Source: a virus. From it: a DNA stretch of 64,000 bases. The stretch lies in the IMG/VR virus record IMGVR_UViG_3300020463_002275, positions 117,935 through 181,934 of that record. The stretch is one strand, 5' to 3'. A model generated the notes under the pieces. The model was not told where the DNA came from. It saw nothing but the letters and a program-made list of their open reading frames with translations, and did not search any database. The translations under genes and the position numbers were made by a program. Below, in pieces: positions 1 to 10,362 of the stretch; positions within the stretch are counted from its first letter, which is position 1; each line of letters opens with the position of its first letter.

Positions 1-1
1 C

Positions 2-151
2 AGAGCATGTCAGTGTTACGAACAAATTGGTTGCGGACACTTTGTACCATACGGAACAGGTGGACCAGCGGCTAACCCATGTCCAGGTGTTAGAGATCAC
101 GGATGGCGCGGTGGTGACGGTGCTGTACGTATTAAATTCGTCGAAGGTTAA
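2..151 (+). CDS. 3' end of a Cys-rich/Gly-rich adhesin-like protein (truncated by window edge; absent from ORF track)
   Basis: Frame from base 2 reads RACQCYEQIGCGHFVPYGTGGPAANPCPGVRDHGWRGGDGAVRIKFVEG*, which aligns with the C-termini of ORFs 21837..22793 and 22809..23765. Confidence 0.9.
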   Translation, partial: RACQCYEQIGCGHFVPYGTGGPAANPCPGVRDHGWRGGDGAVRIKFVEG

Positions 152-165
152 TCCAAAAAATTCAA

Positions 166-172
166 ATAAATA
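166..172 (+). promoter_or_regulatory. T4-late-like promoter ATAAATA
   Basis: Intergenic ATAAATA upstream of SD AGGAGA and the GTG start at 192. Confidence 0.6.
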
Positions 173-191
173 CTGTGTCAGGAGAACATAA

Positions 192-3100
192 GTGGCACAA
201 GTAGGTAGAATATCTGGTCCGTTACTAACGGCCAATCTTGAACGTCAAGGTAAAGATCTAGATTTTAGAAATCAACAAACAAGTACACCTTTATTAAAAC
301 TTAAAGTTGGCACTAACAAAATTGGTGTCAATACAACCTCTCCTGCGTTTCCATTACATGTTAGTAATACAATAAGAAGTACTGAACTTACTACACCTAC
401 TATGAGTCCTGGAAATTTTACTATTTCAGGAAATGATATTAATGCCTTAACTGGTTCAATTAATATCAAAAGTGATGTAAGATCAGCAGGAATTGCAACA
501 CAACAACTTTTAATACGCGACAATAATATTAGCACTACAGTTACAAATGCAGAAGTTAATTTATTACCTAACGGCACAGGAACAATAGAATTACAAGCAA
601 ATACAAATGTAACAGGAAATTTACATGCTACAGGAAATATTACTTTAGATGGTAGTTTAGTTTTTGGTGATACCGGTGATGATAGTACACGACTTGCAGA
701 CACAGTAAAATTTAATGCAGATATTGATAGTAATATTATACCCGATGTAAATAATTCATTTGATCTTGGAGCAAATTATGCTAAATGGGATCAATTAAAT
801 TTTAATACAATAGAAGCAACTAATATACTAGGTAATAGTATTTTTCTTGAAAACGGATTAGTACAACCTGCGTCACGAGTAGGTAATATATTTTATGTTG
901 ATAAAAATGGTAACGATTCTAATGTAGGTGACCATCCAAATGGAGCATTTTTAACATTAACAAGAGCATTAAGTTTTGTTGACGCTAGTATTCAAGGACA
1001 GGTTGCTATACATATTTCAGCAGGAGAATATGAAGAAACATTTCCATTAACAGTTCCATCAAATGTAACAATTATTGGCGAAGACATACGTAACGTTGTT
1101 ATTAAACCAACAGTAGCAACAAATACAAACAATGCTTTCTTATTAGATGGTGAAACAACAATAGAAAATATTACTATACAAGATTATTTTAGTCCAGGAT
1201 ATGCATTTTCTTTTAAGCCTAATGCAACAGTTACAAGTAGAAGTCCTTATATTAGAAATGTAACTGTAATTACAAAAGGATCAGTTACAAGTGCAAACGA
1301 CCCAAGAGGTTACGATCAAGGAGATGCTGGTAAAGGTTTGTTGGTAGACGGAGCAAGTGTAACTAGTTCAAGTCAAGAAGCAAGCATGTTATTTCACAGC
1401 GTAACATTTATAACTCCAGGAGTTGAAAGTGTTAAATTAACAAACGGTGTTAGAGTTGAATGGTTAAACAGTTTCATTTACTTTGCACAACAAGGTATGT
1501 TACTTGAAAGAGGAACAACAGGACACCTAAGCACAGATGGATCAACTATACAATATGGCGCAGAAATGCGTTTGATAGGATCAGCAAACGTTTACGGAGA
1601 ATTTGGAATCAAAGCAGACGGTGCAGGTACAAATGCATATTTGATTAATCATAATTTTACTTACATAGGTACAGGCAAAAGCACAGCAAATGATCCTACT
1701 TTATCTATACATGCTAACGAAGTTGTAGAAATAAATTCCGGTAGAATAAACTATGCAACTGTAGACGAAACTGGTAATTTTAGAGTAGGTACTGCACTTT
1801 TTGTAGATCAACAAACTGGAAAAACAGAAATAGAATCTGCTAGTATTGACTTTACAAATGTTGATACACTACGTATTGTTACAGCAGGATCAACAGTAAC
1901 AATAGATGATACTAGGGTAAGAACAGATTTTATAAGATTAAGAGATAATAAATTAGAAAGTCTTGTAGGAAATTTAAAAATTGATTCTGCACCGTCAGCA
2001 TCTGTTAATATAAATGCAAATACAAATATTACTGGAAATTTAGATACATCTGGTAATACAACTATTGCAGGATCATTAGTTAGTTTAGGTGATGCAGACA
2101 CAGATAATATTAGTTTCAACAGTGATGTAACATCAGGCATGACTCCAAATGTAAATTTAGCGTTTGATCTAGGATCAGCAACAAAAAGTTGGAAAACTGC
2201 ATATGCAGAAAAATTAACAACAGATGCATTTGACATTGAAGGTAATAGAATTACTACAAAAGATTCTAATGCAGATTTAGTAATAGGTGCAAATCCTAAT
2301 CCACCTACTGTTACAGTAGGACCACAATTGAGTATAAACACAACAGAAAATGCTCCTAGAGGACTAACATTCAATAACGATGGTACAAAAATGTTTGTTG
2401 CTGGAACACAAGGTGATGATATTGGTGAATACACCCTTTCGGTTGCATTTGATGTTTCTTCAACAGTAACTTATGTAGATAGCCTTTCTGTAATTAACAA
2501 TCCAACAGCAGTAAAATTTAACTTAGATGGTACAAAAATGTACGTTACTGGTCCAGACACTAACTGCTTGACAGAATACAATCTCTCAACAGCATTTGAT
2601 GTTTCCACAGGAGTGTTTAGTCAAAATTCACCATCGTGGAAGTTTTTAGTTACACCTAGTGAAGATGATACTTTTGGCTTTGACTTTAACAATGACGGAA
2701 CAAAAGTTTACGTCTCAGGAAATCAAAGAGACAAGATTTACGAATTTAATTTACCTGGAGCATTTGATATATCATCAATAACATTTGTCCAAGAATTATA
2801 TGTAGGACTTATAGATATTGAACCATTTGGTATTGAGTGGAGCCCTAATGGTAAAAGGTTGTTTATTGTAGGAACAAGAGGCAACGGTATAGATGAATTT
2901 GAGTTAACCACAGCATTTGACATATCAACAGCAACACATGAAGGCTTTTATTCCATAGGTGGAAATCCTTCCGGCATACATATTTCACCAGACGGATTAA
3001 AAATGTTTGTTTTAGGTAACCAAAATGACAAAGTTAAAGAATATTCAACAAACACAGCATATAGATTTGTTGCTGGCATAAGCAAAATCAAAATGGGTGG

Positions 3101-4991
3101 TTTAACAACAGGACAAGCATTCACCCAAACAGATGTTAGTACATTAGACAGCGGTGATGTTAATTCTGATGTTGGTGTTACAGATAATATAACTGTTAAC
3201 TCTGATTCTTTTTTGAATAATGTTGTTACTCCATTTTTACAAGTTGATGGATTTGCTAACCTAGGAACAACAAGTTTTGTAGGAAATAGAATTACAACAA
3301 ACGAAAGTGATGCAGATTTAGTAATGGCACCTGCAGGCTCAGGCAAAGTAAAAATATTAGGTAATGCTTTAATCGAAAATACAATTATAGCACCTGAAGC
3401 AAACTACAGTTTTTCAAGTGCAGTAATGGAAAAAACAAGTGGTGATAGATTAATAACAAATAATTTTACCACAGCACAAATGATTGCTGGCGATATAGTA
3501 ATTGAAGGCAACGTTATAACAACAAATGTATCAAACTCTGATTTAGATTTTAGAGCAAGTGGTGCAGGAAAAGTAATATTAGACGAAAACGTTGACGTAG
3601 GAAAAAGTATTTCTGTTAATACTATAGGCGGTGTAGCACCAAATATTAACGCAGAAGATATTACAGCAGATTTTGCAACAATCAATACATTTTTCTCAGC
3701 ACCATCTGCCATAGTTGGTTCAATTAGTTTAGCAGGAAATAGAATTCAAACAATTGATAGTAATGCTGATTTAGAATTTAACGCAAGTGGAACAGGTAAA
3801 GTTGTTTTAGATGAAATTGTTACAATACCAAATTTAACTGTAGAAGGAAATACAAATATAGGTATTTCTACTGCACCATCTGCTACATTTGATAATGCAA
3901 CAGTTACAAATAATATAATTGCTCCTAGTAGAATTACTATGGAAGGTATTCAAATACTTGGAGATAAAATTAGAACAAAATCATCAGATAGTAATCTAGA
4001 GTTAGGTGCAAACGGAACTGGTGTTGTGCGTTTCAAAGAAGACACAACAGTATCTCAAAATGTTACAGTCAATGGGACACTTACTGCACACAATATTGGT
4101 ATAGCAGGAGATGTAGATTTAAATGAACTTGAAACAGATGGAAATATAGAATTCAATGACAACTATGTGACAACTACTGTTTCTAATAGTGATTTAGAAC
4201 TAAGAACATCAGGCGGTGCGTTTATAGATTTACAAGGAATGAAAGTTAGAGATAATGTTGTACAATCAGGTTCATCTGCAGATATACTTTTAGATCCTGT
4301 TACAAACTTAAAAATAGATAGTACAGATAGTGTTGTATTGCCAAAATCTTTAACTGATAGCACAAATACATTTAGTAACAACATTGGTGCTATACAATAT
4401 AATTCAGATGTAAATGAAATAGTAGGCCTTACAAACTCCTTTAAAAAAGTACTAGGTGCAGGACTATATAGTGATGATTTACAAACATCTGTAACTCCTA
4501 GACCAGGAAATAAAATAGAATTTACTGCACAAAGCGTCAATAGTATGACAACATCATATGGTGCTACAACAATGAATCGCTTGGAACTGACATCTGGTAT
4601 AGATATAGATGGCAACACAATCCAAACAAATATTACAAATAGTGATATAGTGCTTGCACCTGAAGCAGGACAAGGTAAAGTACAACTTGAAAAATTACAT
4701 GTACTTGATAATACTTTTACTGATACTAACACTAGCGGTGCATTTAGTATTGGCGTAACAGACAATGGTCGTGTTAAATTTAACCAAGATGGTGCGTTTG
4801 TTATTCCTGTAGGTACAAGTGCAAATAGACCAACTGTTGCAGAAATTGGTATGACACGATGGAACGTTGCTTTAGGGTACTTAGAAGTCTATACAGCAGG
4901 AGGCTGGACAGATGCTTCAGGATCTGGTGCTACTGTTAGTGCCGCAGATATGGACGAGATAATGAATGAATTTATTCTTATCTTTGGTTAA
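192..4991 (+). CDS. Long tail-fibre/appendage protein, family A copy 1 (beta-helix-like domain, beta-propeller insert, N-I-T-T-x-S-N-x-D-L-E-L repeats)
   Basis: GTG start with SD; FYVDKNGNDSN...FLTLTRAL pectin-lyase-like region; five DGTKMFV...AFDVS propeller repeats; about 9 fibre repeats; paralog of 5132..10018. Confidence 0.75.
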   Translation: MAQVGRISGPLLTANLERQGKDLDFRNQQTSTPLLKLKVGTNKIGVNTTSPAFPLHVSNTIRSTELTTPTMSPGNFTISGNDINALTGSINIKSDVRSAGIATQQLLIRDNNISTTVTNAEVNLLPNGTGTIELQANTNVTGNLHATGNITLDGSLVFGDTGDDSTRLADTVKFNADIDSNIIPDVNNSFDLGANYAKWDQLNFNTIEATNILGNSIFLENGLVQPASRVGNIFYVDKNGNDSNVGDHPNGAFLTLTRALSFVDASIQGQVAIHISAGEYEETFPLTVPSNVTIIGEDIRNVVIKPTVATNTNNAFLLDGETTIENITIQDYFSPGYAFSFKPNATVTSRSPYIRNVTVITKGSVTSANDPRGYDQGDAGKGLLVDGASVTSSSQEASMLFHSVTFITPGVESVKLTNGVRVEWLNSFIYFAQQGMLLERGTTGHLSTDGSTIQYGAEMRLIGSANVYGEFGIKADGAGTNAYLINHNFTYIGTGKSTANDPTLSIHANEVVEINSGRINYATVDETGNFRVGTALFVDQQTGKTEIESASIDFTNVDTLRIVTAGSTVTIDDTRVRTDFIRLRDNKLESLVGNLKIDSAPSASVNINANTNITGNLDTSGNTTIAGSLVSLGDADTDNISFNSDVTSGMTPNVNLAFDLGSATKSWKTAYAEKLTTDAFDIEGNRITTKDSNADLVIGANPNPPTVTVGPQLSINTTENAPRGLTFNNDGTKMFVAGTQGDDIGEYTLSVAFDVSSTVTYVDSLSVINNPTAVKFNLDGTKMYVTGPDTNCLTEYNLSTAFDVSTGVFSQNSPSWKFLVTPSEDDTFGFDFNNDGTKVYVSGNQRDKIYEFNLPGAFDISSITFVQELYVGLIDIEPFGIEWSPNGKRLFIVGTRGNGIDEFELTTAFDISTATHEGFYSIGGNPSGIHISPDGLKMFVLGNQNDKVKEYSTNTAYRFVAGISKIKMGGLTTGQAFTQTDVSTLDSGDVNSDVGVTDNITVNSDSFLNNVVTPFLQVDGFANLGTTSFVGNRITTNESDADLVMAPAGSGKVKILGNALIENTIIAPEANYSFSSAVMEKTSGDRLITNNFTTAQMIAGDIVIEGNVITTNVSNSDLDFRASGAGKVILDENVDVGKSISVNTIGGVAPNINAEDITADFATINTFFSAPSAIVGSISLAGNRIQTIDSNADLEFNASGTGKVVLDEIVTIPNLTVEGNTNIGISTAPSATFDNATVTNNIIAPSRITMEGIQILGDKIRTKSSDSNLELGANGTGVVRFKEDTTVSQNVTVNGTLTAHNIGIAGDVDLNELETDGNIEFNDNYVTTTVSNSDLELRTSGGAFIDLQGMKVRDNVVQSGSSADILLDPVTNLKIDSTDSVVLPKSLTDSTNTFSNNIGAIQYNSDVNEIVGLTNSFKKVLGAGLYSDDLQTSVTPRPGNKIEFTAQSVNSMTTSYGATTMNRLELTSGIDIDGNTIQTNITNSDIVLAPEAGQGKVQLEKLHVLDNTFTDTNTSGAFSIGVTDNGRVKFNQDGAFVIPVGTSANRPTVAEIGMTRWNVALGYLEVYTAGGWTDASGSGATVSAADMDEIMNEFILIFG

Positions 4992-5017
4992 GTTACCACT
5001 TATATTATCTATATTCA

Positions 5018-5025
5018 TATAAATA
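5018..5025 (+). promoter_or_regulatory. T4 late promoter consensus TATAAATA
   Basis: Exact T4 gp55-type consensus in the intergenic region before 5132. Confidence 0.75.
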
Positions 5026-5030
5026 CAGTA

Positions 5031-5115
5031 TAACAAAGAATTAGACCTAAAATTCTTTTGTTATTAATACTGTGGTCAACCCGCAATGCAAGGTGGTTGG
5101 AGGGACAGGATCCCC
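5031..5115 (+). ncRNA. Candidate structured 5' leader RNA
   Basis: Hairpin TAACAAAGAATT/AATTCTTTTGTTA (5031-5063) followed by a GC-rich nested stem (CTGT/ACAG, CAACC/GGTTG; 5070-5108) just before SD AAGGAG. Confidence 0.4.
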
Positions 5116-5131
5116 GTGTTAAGGAGTAGAG

Positions 5132-8100
5132 ATGGCAGTAGGTCGCATATCCGGTCCGCTCTTAAAGTCAAATCTCATTAGAAATGGGATTGATTTGGCT
5201 TTTGAGACAGACCTTTTATACTTAGATGTAAATAACAACCGCATCGGTATTAATACAGCAACTCCACAACACGAATTAGACGTTGGCGGCACAATCAAAA
5301 GTACAAATGTTGTTTTAGATAAACTAACAGCAGGAAACATTGTAATTGAGAATAATGATATTACAAGTACTTCAGGAACAGTCAACTTAGGTACTGCTGA
5401 TCAAATTGTTTTCCAAAACAAATTAATAATTGATAGTTTTGAAATAAACGACAATACAATCAGAACAACTGATTCAAACGCAAATTTAGAAATTGACCCA
5501 AGCGGAACGGGTACTATTGAACTACTAGCAAATACAAATGTATCTGGTAATTTACACGCTACAGGAAATATTAGTGCAGATGGTAATATAGTATTAGGTG
5601 ATGCCGACACAGATAATATTAATTTTAATGCTGAAATTGCAAGTAATATAATACCAAATGCAAACAGCACATATAATTTAGGTACTAGTACAAAAGCATG
5701 GAATAATGTTCATGTAGAAAATGTTAACGGACAAATTATAAATGCACAAACAGCAAATATAGCAGGAATAAATTTAGGTACTAGACACGCTAATACTTTA
5801 TATGTTTCAGAAAACGGTAGCAATAATAATGCAGGTAATCATCCGCAATCACCTTATCAAACTGTTGAGAAAGCAATACAAAATGCTACAGCAGGAGATA
5901 CTATTCACATTTATCCAGGAGTATATCAAGAAAGACTGCCGTTAGTAATACCAGCAGGAGTTACAATCAAAGGACATAGCATGAGATCAGTTACTATCAA
6001 ACCTGATAGTGTTGACTCAGAAGATGTATTTCATTTAAATGGTGAAACAACTGTAGAAGATTTAACAATACAAGATTTTTACTACAACAGCGGAACTGAT
6101 GTAGGTTATGCTTTTAAATTTGCACCTAACTTTAAAGTTACATCACGTAGTCCATATATTAGAAACGTAACTGTTATTACAAAAGGTTCAGTTACAAATG
6201 CAAGTGATCCAAGAGGATTTAATCAAGGCGATGCAGGTAAAGGTGCTTTATTAGACGGAAGTGTTGCACATGCAGATTCAAAAGAGGCAAGTGTTTTATT
6301 TCATGCCGCAACATTTATTACTCCAGGTGTTGATGCGTTAACATGTAAGAACGGTGTTAGAATAGAATGGCTTAATTCATTTACTTACTTTGCTAATAGA
6401 GGATTTTATGCCACACACGGATCAACTGGATTAAAAGGTTCAGGTGAAACAGAATTTAGAGTAAGTGATGTTACAGGCACTTTTAATGCAGGTGAAACTT
6501 TTGCTGTTAACAGCATAGATGGTAGTACTGTATTAGCAAGTGGAGTCATTGACAGAAAAGATGCTGACGGAAAATTTTACATTGATGGAAATGTACAAGG
6601 AATTACAGAAGCAACAACAAGAACTGCAAAAGCAATAGCATTTAATGGTAATGCAAAATTAAGCACTACAACTAAAAAGTTTGGAACATCAAGTTTATTC
6701 TTAGTTTCAAACAGTTTTTTAAGTTTAGGTGCTCATGACGATTTTGGTTTTAGCACAAATGATTTTACTATAGAAGCGTGGATTTATTCAGGTGTTACAT
6801 CATTTCCTTTTAAAAATTCTATATTTGATTTTAGAGCAGGTATTGCAACAGATACTGCGCCTTACTTTTATTTCCAATCAGGAGCATTGAAATATAATGT
6901 TGGTGATGCTACAGTAATAAGTGCCGGAACACTATCTGATAACCAATGGCATCATGTTGCAGTAAGTAGATTTGCTGGTGGTACAAGATTATATCTTGAC
7001 GGTAATCAAGTAGGTAGCACATACGTTGACAACAACGATTATGGAACTACAAAGCCACTTAAAATAGGAACTGACTTCTCAACAACATCTTTTTATCAGA
7101 ACGGTTTTATAGACGACATAAGAATTAGTAACAGTGCAAGGTATCTTGATACAACTTATACAGTGCCTACATCACAAATTGTTGGTGACACCAACACTGT
7201 TTTTCTTACTCATTTAGATGGTGCAAATAATGCAACTGCAATTACAGAAGATGTAAAAGTAAAACAAAATTTAACATTTAGTGGCGGAGCAACTGCAAAC
7301 TTTATTGACTTATACAACACAACAGACTTTGGTGCTGAAATAAGATCAATAGGATCTGCAAACATCTACGGTAACAAAGGTGCAGTAGGTGATGGTAACG
7401 GTGTGTTAATGTATTTGATAGGACACAACTTTGCGTACATAGGAAATGGCAAAGAAGTTACCAATGATGAAACAACTGTAATACAAGCAAACGAAGTAGA
7501 AGAATTAAACAACGCAAAAGTTAGATTTACAAGTGTTGACCAAAAAGGAGACTTTAGAGTTGGAGACAAGTTTTTTGTTAATCAAGAAACAGGCGAAGTT
7601 GTTTTTGATGCTGTAAATTTAAACATCAATACACCACAAGGTATTACTTTTGGCTCAGGCGGTAATGTAACATTTATTGACGGTACTAAGATTGAAACAG
7701 GTGATTTTAGATTAAGTGGAAACACTATTGAAACACTTACACAAAACTTTGTTATTGATAGTGCAACAAATACAGTTGACATTGAAGCAGATACAAACAT
7801 AACAGGTAACTTAGCAGTTACAGGAAACTTTACACTTGGTGGCAATATCACAATAGGTGATGCAGATACAGATAGTGTTGAATTTGCTTCAGATGTAAAC
7901 AGTGATATTTTACCAAACACAGATAATACTTTTGATTTAGGTGCAACTACAAAGCGTTGGAAAAATATTTACGCTAATAATTTTGATAACGGTAATCTTA
8001 AAATTGAAGGCAATACTATATCAGCACAAGATAGCAATAGTGATTTAGAACTTGTTGCATCAGGATCAGGATCAGTAGTTGTTCCTAACAATAATGTTGA

Positions 8101-10018
8101 GATAACAGGAACATTTACTGCTAATGATACTGCAACATTTAATAATACTGTTACAGTAAATAATAATTTAAATGTTACAGGCGGAATAAATCAAACTGGT
8201 TCAACTACAACAATTAATGCAAACCTTACAGTGCGTGATGGATTGATTGTAGACAATAGTGTACAATTTGAAAACATTTTTATATCAGGTAACAAAATAC
8301 AAACAACTGATTCAAACAGCGACTTAGAACTTGATGCCGCTGGTACAGGAAGAGTAGTATTTCCAGATGCAGACTTAGAAGTTGGTGGAAACATTGTTGT
8401 AGCAGGTACTGCACAGTTTGCGAACTTAGCGGCAAGTGGTACTATAACTGCTGATACTATAACTGTTAACACAGCAACATTTAATGGTCAACTTAACTTA
8501 GAAGATATTGAATTTAATGACAACTATATTACTACAACAGAATCAAATAGTAATTTAGAATTAAGAGCCGCAGGAACAGGTAAAATTGTTTTTCCTGATA
8601 ACGATGTAGACATCACAGGTGATTTGAATGTGTCAGGTACTGTACAATTTAATAGTTTATCTGGTAATGTTTATACTACAAATTCATTAACAGTAAACAG
8701 AGAACTTAATATTAATGGCCAAGTACAATTTGAAGATATTGAAATTAATGACAATTACATTACAACAACATTATCAAACAGTGATTTAGAATTACGTGCA
8801 AACGGCTCAGGAAGTATTGCGTTCTTAAATGATGCAATAGCAAAAACTAATTTAACAGTTGACGGCACTACTACTTTTGTAGGAAATATTACTGGTACAA
8901 CAGCAACATTTGACGATGTAACTATTAATAATAATATGACTGTGCAAGGTCAAATTAATTTTGATAATATACAAATTAATGACAATACAATTACAACAAC
9001 AGAGTCAAACAGTGACTTAGAACTAGAAGCAAGTGGAACAGGTACAGTAATTATACCAAGTAACAATGTTGTTGTCGAAAAAGATCTAACTGTACAAGGT
9101 GTATTGAATGCAGACAACTTAGATGCTTTAGGTAGAGTAACAGCAAATAGTTTTAGCACTGGTGATATTTTAATTGATGATAATTTTATTACAACAACAC
9201 AATCCAACAGTGATTTAGAATTAAGAGCACATGGTACTGGTAAAGTAACATTAGATGATATTAAATTTAACAATAATATAATAAGCAGTACAGCAGATAT
9301 GGTGTTGAATCCAGGTAGCGGTGTGTTACAAATTGATAGTATTGATAGTGTAATTATACCAAAAGGTGCATCAGCAGACCGTAATAGCACACCAGTAACA
9401 GGTATGTTACGTTATAACACTGACACAAACAGTTTTGAAGGATATAACGGACAGTGGGTATCGTTGCATGATGGATTACAAGATGGCGACGGTGATACAA
9501 AAATTACACCAGAATTAATACCCGGAGCCAATGATAATGTTATAAGATTCTATAATGCAGGGGCTTTAACAGCAGATTTAACTAGCCAACGGTTTAGCAC
9601 CAACAAATTAATTGTTGATGATATAGAAATCGACGGTAATGAAATAAAAACGATAACTACTAATGCAGACTTAGTATTATCTGGAAACGGAACTGGCGGA
9701 ATTGTACTTGATCACTTCAAATTTGATGCTAATTCAATTACAAACACAGTTTCAGATAGTGTAACACTTTTCAATTCAACTGGAACAGGTTACTACAAGT
9801 TTGCAGGAACAGGTGGAGTTGTAATACCAACCGGTAACAACGTTCAGCGTCCAACAACAAGTTATGCTGAAACAGGCATGATGAGATACAATAACGAAGA
9901 CGATCGTGTTGAGATCTATGATGGAACAAACTGGGCTAGTGTTGCAGGTTCAAGCGGTGGAATAAGTAGAAATGATGCTGAAGGCATCGCACTAGAATTT
10001 GTATTAGTATTAGGATAA
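5132..10018 (+). CDS. Long tail-fibre/appendage protein, family A copy 2 (beta-helix-like domain, LamG/ConA-like insert, fibre repeats)
   Basis: MAVGRISGPLL start matches ORF 192; LamG motifs DFTIEAWIY, WHHVAVSR, RLYLDG, IDDIRIS; about 9 SNSDLEL repeats. Confidence 0.75.
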   Translation: MAVGRISGPLLKSNLIRNGIDLAFETDLLYLDVNNNRIGINTATPQHELDVGGTIKSTNVVLDKLTAGNIVIENNDITSTSGTVNLGTADQIVFQNKLIIDSFEINDNTIRTTDSNANLEIDPSGTGTIELLANTNVSGNLHATGNISADGNIVLGDADTDNINFNAEIASNIIPNANSTYNLGTSTKAWNNVHVENVNGQIINAQTANIAGINLGTRHANTLYVSENGSNNNAGNHPQSPYQTVEKAIQNATAGDTIHIYPGVYQERLPLVIPAGVTIKGHSMRSVTIKPDSVDSEDVFHLNGETTVEDLTIQDFYYNSGTDVGYAFKFAPNFKVTSRSPYIRNVTVITKGSVTNASDPRGFNQGDAGKGALLDGSVAHADSKEASVLFHAATFITPGVDALTCKNGVRIEWLNSFTYFANRGFYATHGSTGLKGSGETEFRVSDVTGTFNAGETFAVNSIDGSTVLASGVIDRKDADGKFYIDGNVQGITEATTRTAKAIAFNGNAKLSTTTKKFGTSSLFLVSNSFLSLGAHDDFGFSTNDFTIEAWIYSGVTSFPFKNSIFDFRAGIATDTAPYFYFQSGALKYNVGDATVISAGTLSDNQWHHVAVSRFAGGTRLYLDGNQVGSTYVDNNDYGTTKPLKIGTDFSTTSFYQNGFIDDIRISNSARYLDTTYTVPTSQIVGDTNTVFLTHLDGANNATAITEDVKVKQNLTFSGGATANFIDLYNTTDFGAEIRSIGSANIYGNKGAVGDGNGVLMYLIGHNFAYIGNGKEVTNDETTVIQANEVEELNNAKVRFTSVDQKGDFRVGDKFFVNQETGEVVFDAVNLNINTPQGITFGSGGNVTFIDGTKIETGDFRLSGNTIETLTQNFVIDSATNTVDIEADTNITGNLAVTGNFTLGGNITIGDADTDSVEFASDVNSDILPNTDNTFDLGATTKRWKNIYANNFDNGNLKIEGNTISAQDSNSDLELVASGSGSVVVPNNNVEITGTFTANDTATFNNTVTVNNNLNVTGGINQTGSTTTINANLTVRDGLIVDNSVQFENIFISGNKIQTTDSNSDLELDAAGTGRVVFPDADLEVGGNIVVAGTAQFANLAASGTITADTITVNTATFNGQLNLEDIEFNDNYITTTESNSNLELRAAGTGKIVFPDNDVDITGDLNVSGTVQFNSLSGNVYTTNSLTVNRELNINGQVQFEDIEINDNYITTTLSNSDLELRANGSGSIAFLNDAIAKTNLTVDGTTTFVGNITGTTATFDDVTINNNMTVQGQINFDNIQINDNTITTTESNSDLELEASGTGTVIIPSNNVVVEKDLTVQGVLNADNLDALGRVTANSFSTGDILIDDNFITTTQSNSDLELRAHGTGKVTLDDIKFNNNIISSTADMVLNPGSGVLQIDSIDSVIIPKGASADRNSTPVTGMLRYNTDTNSFEGYNGQWVSLHDGLQDGDGDTKITPELIPGANDNVIRFYNAGALTADLTSQRFSTNKLIVDDIEIDGNEIKTITTNADLVLSGNGTGGIVLDHFKFDANSITNTVSDSVTLFNSTGTGYYKFAGTGGVVIPTGNNVQRPTTSYAETGMMRYNNEDDRVEIYDGTNWASVAGSSGGISRNDAEGIALEFVLVLG

Positions 10019-10022
10019 AGAT

Positions 10023-10352
10023 ATGGCAACGTTTTTTAGAACAAAAGTAATTAAAGACATAGGAACACAAAAGATTGTAGTGTTTGAAGTACCAGCGGCA
10101 ACTAACGCAACAGTTATCGGACTGAACTTAGCAAACATTACAGACTTTGCAGTAACAGCAAGTGTATTAATTAAAGATGACGGAAGTGTTGAAGGATTTT
10201 ATGTTAAAGATGTTATGATACCTCCCCAAACAGCATTCAAGGCAATGATTGGTGGAGAAAAAATTGTTTTGCCAACAGGACATCAATTAATAGTACAGTC
10301 TAGTTCAACTGCCAGCATTGATGCTGTTGTAAGTTATGTGGATATACAGTAA
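10023..10352 (+). CDS. Small beta-sandwich virion protein, probable fibre partner
   Basis: Pattern VFEVPAATNATVIGLNLAN...KIVL...LIV; paralog of 21148..21468; directly follows the fibre gene. Confidence 0.55.
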   Translation: MATFFRTKVIKDIGTQKIVVFEVPAATNATVIGLNLANITDFAVTASVLIKDDGSVEGFYVKDVMIPPQTAFKAMIGGEKIVLPTGHQLIVQSSSTASIDAVVSYVDIQ

Positions 10353-10362
10353 GGAGAAATAA

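Noticed and set aside
8000-9300. Recurring TCAAACAGTGATTTAGAA-like repeats resembling an array
   Set aside because: In-frame coding repeats (SNSDLEL) with variable spacing and synonymous changes; not CRISPR.
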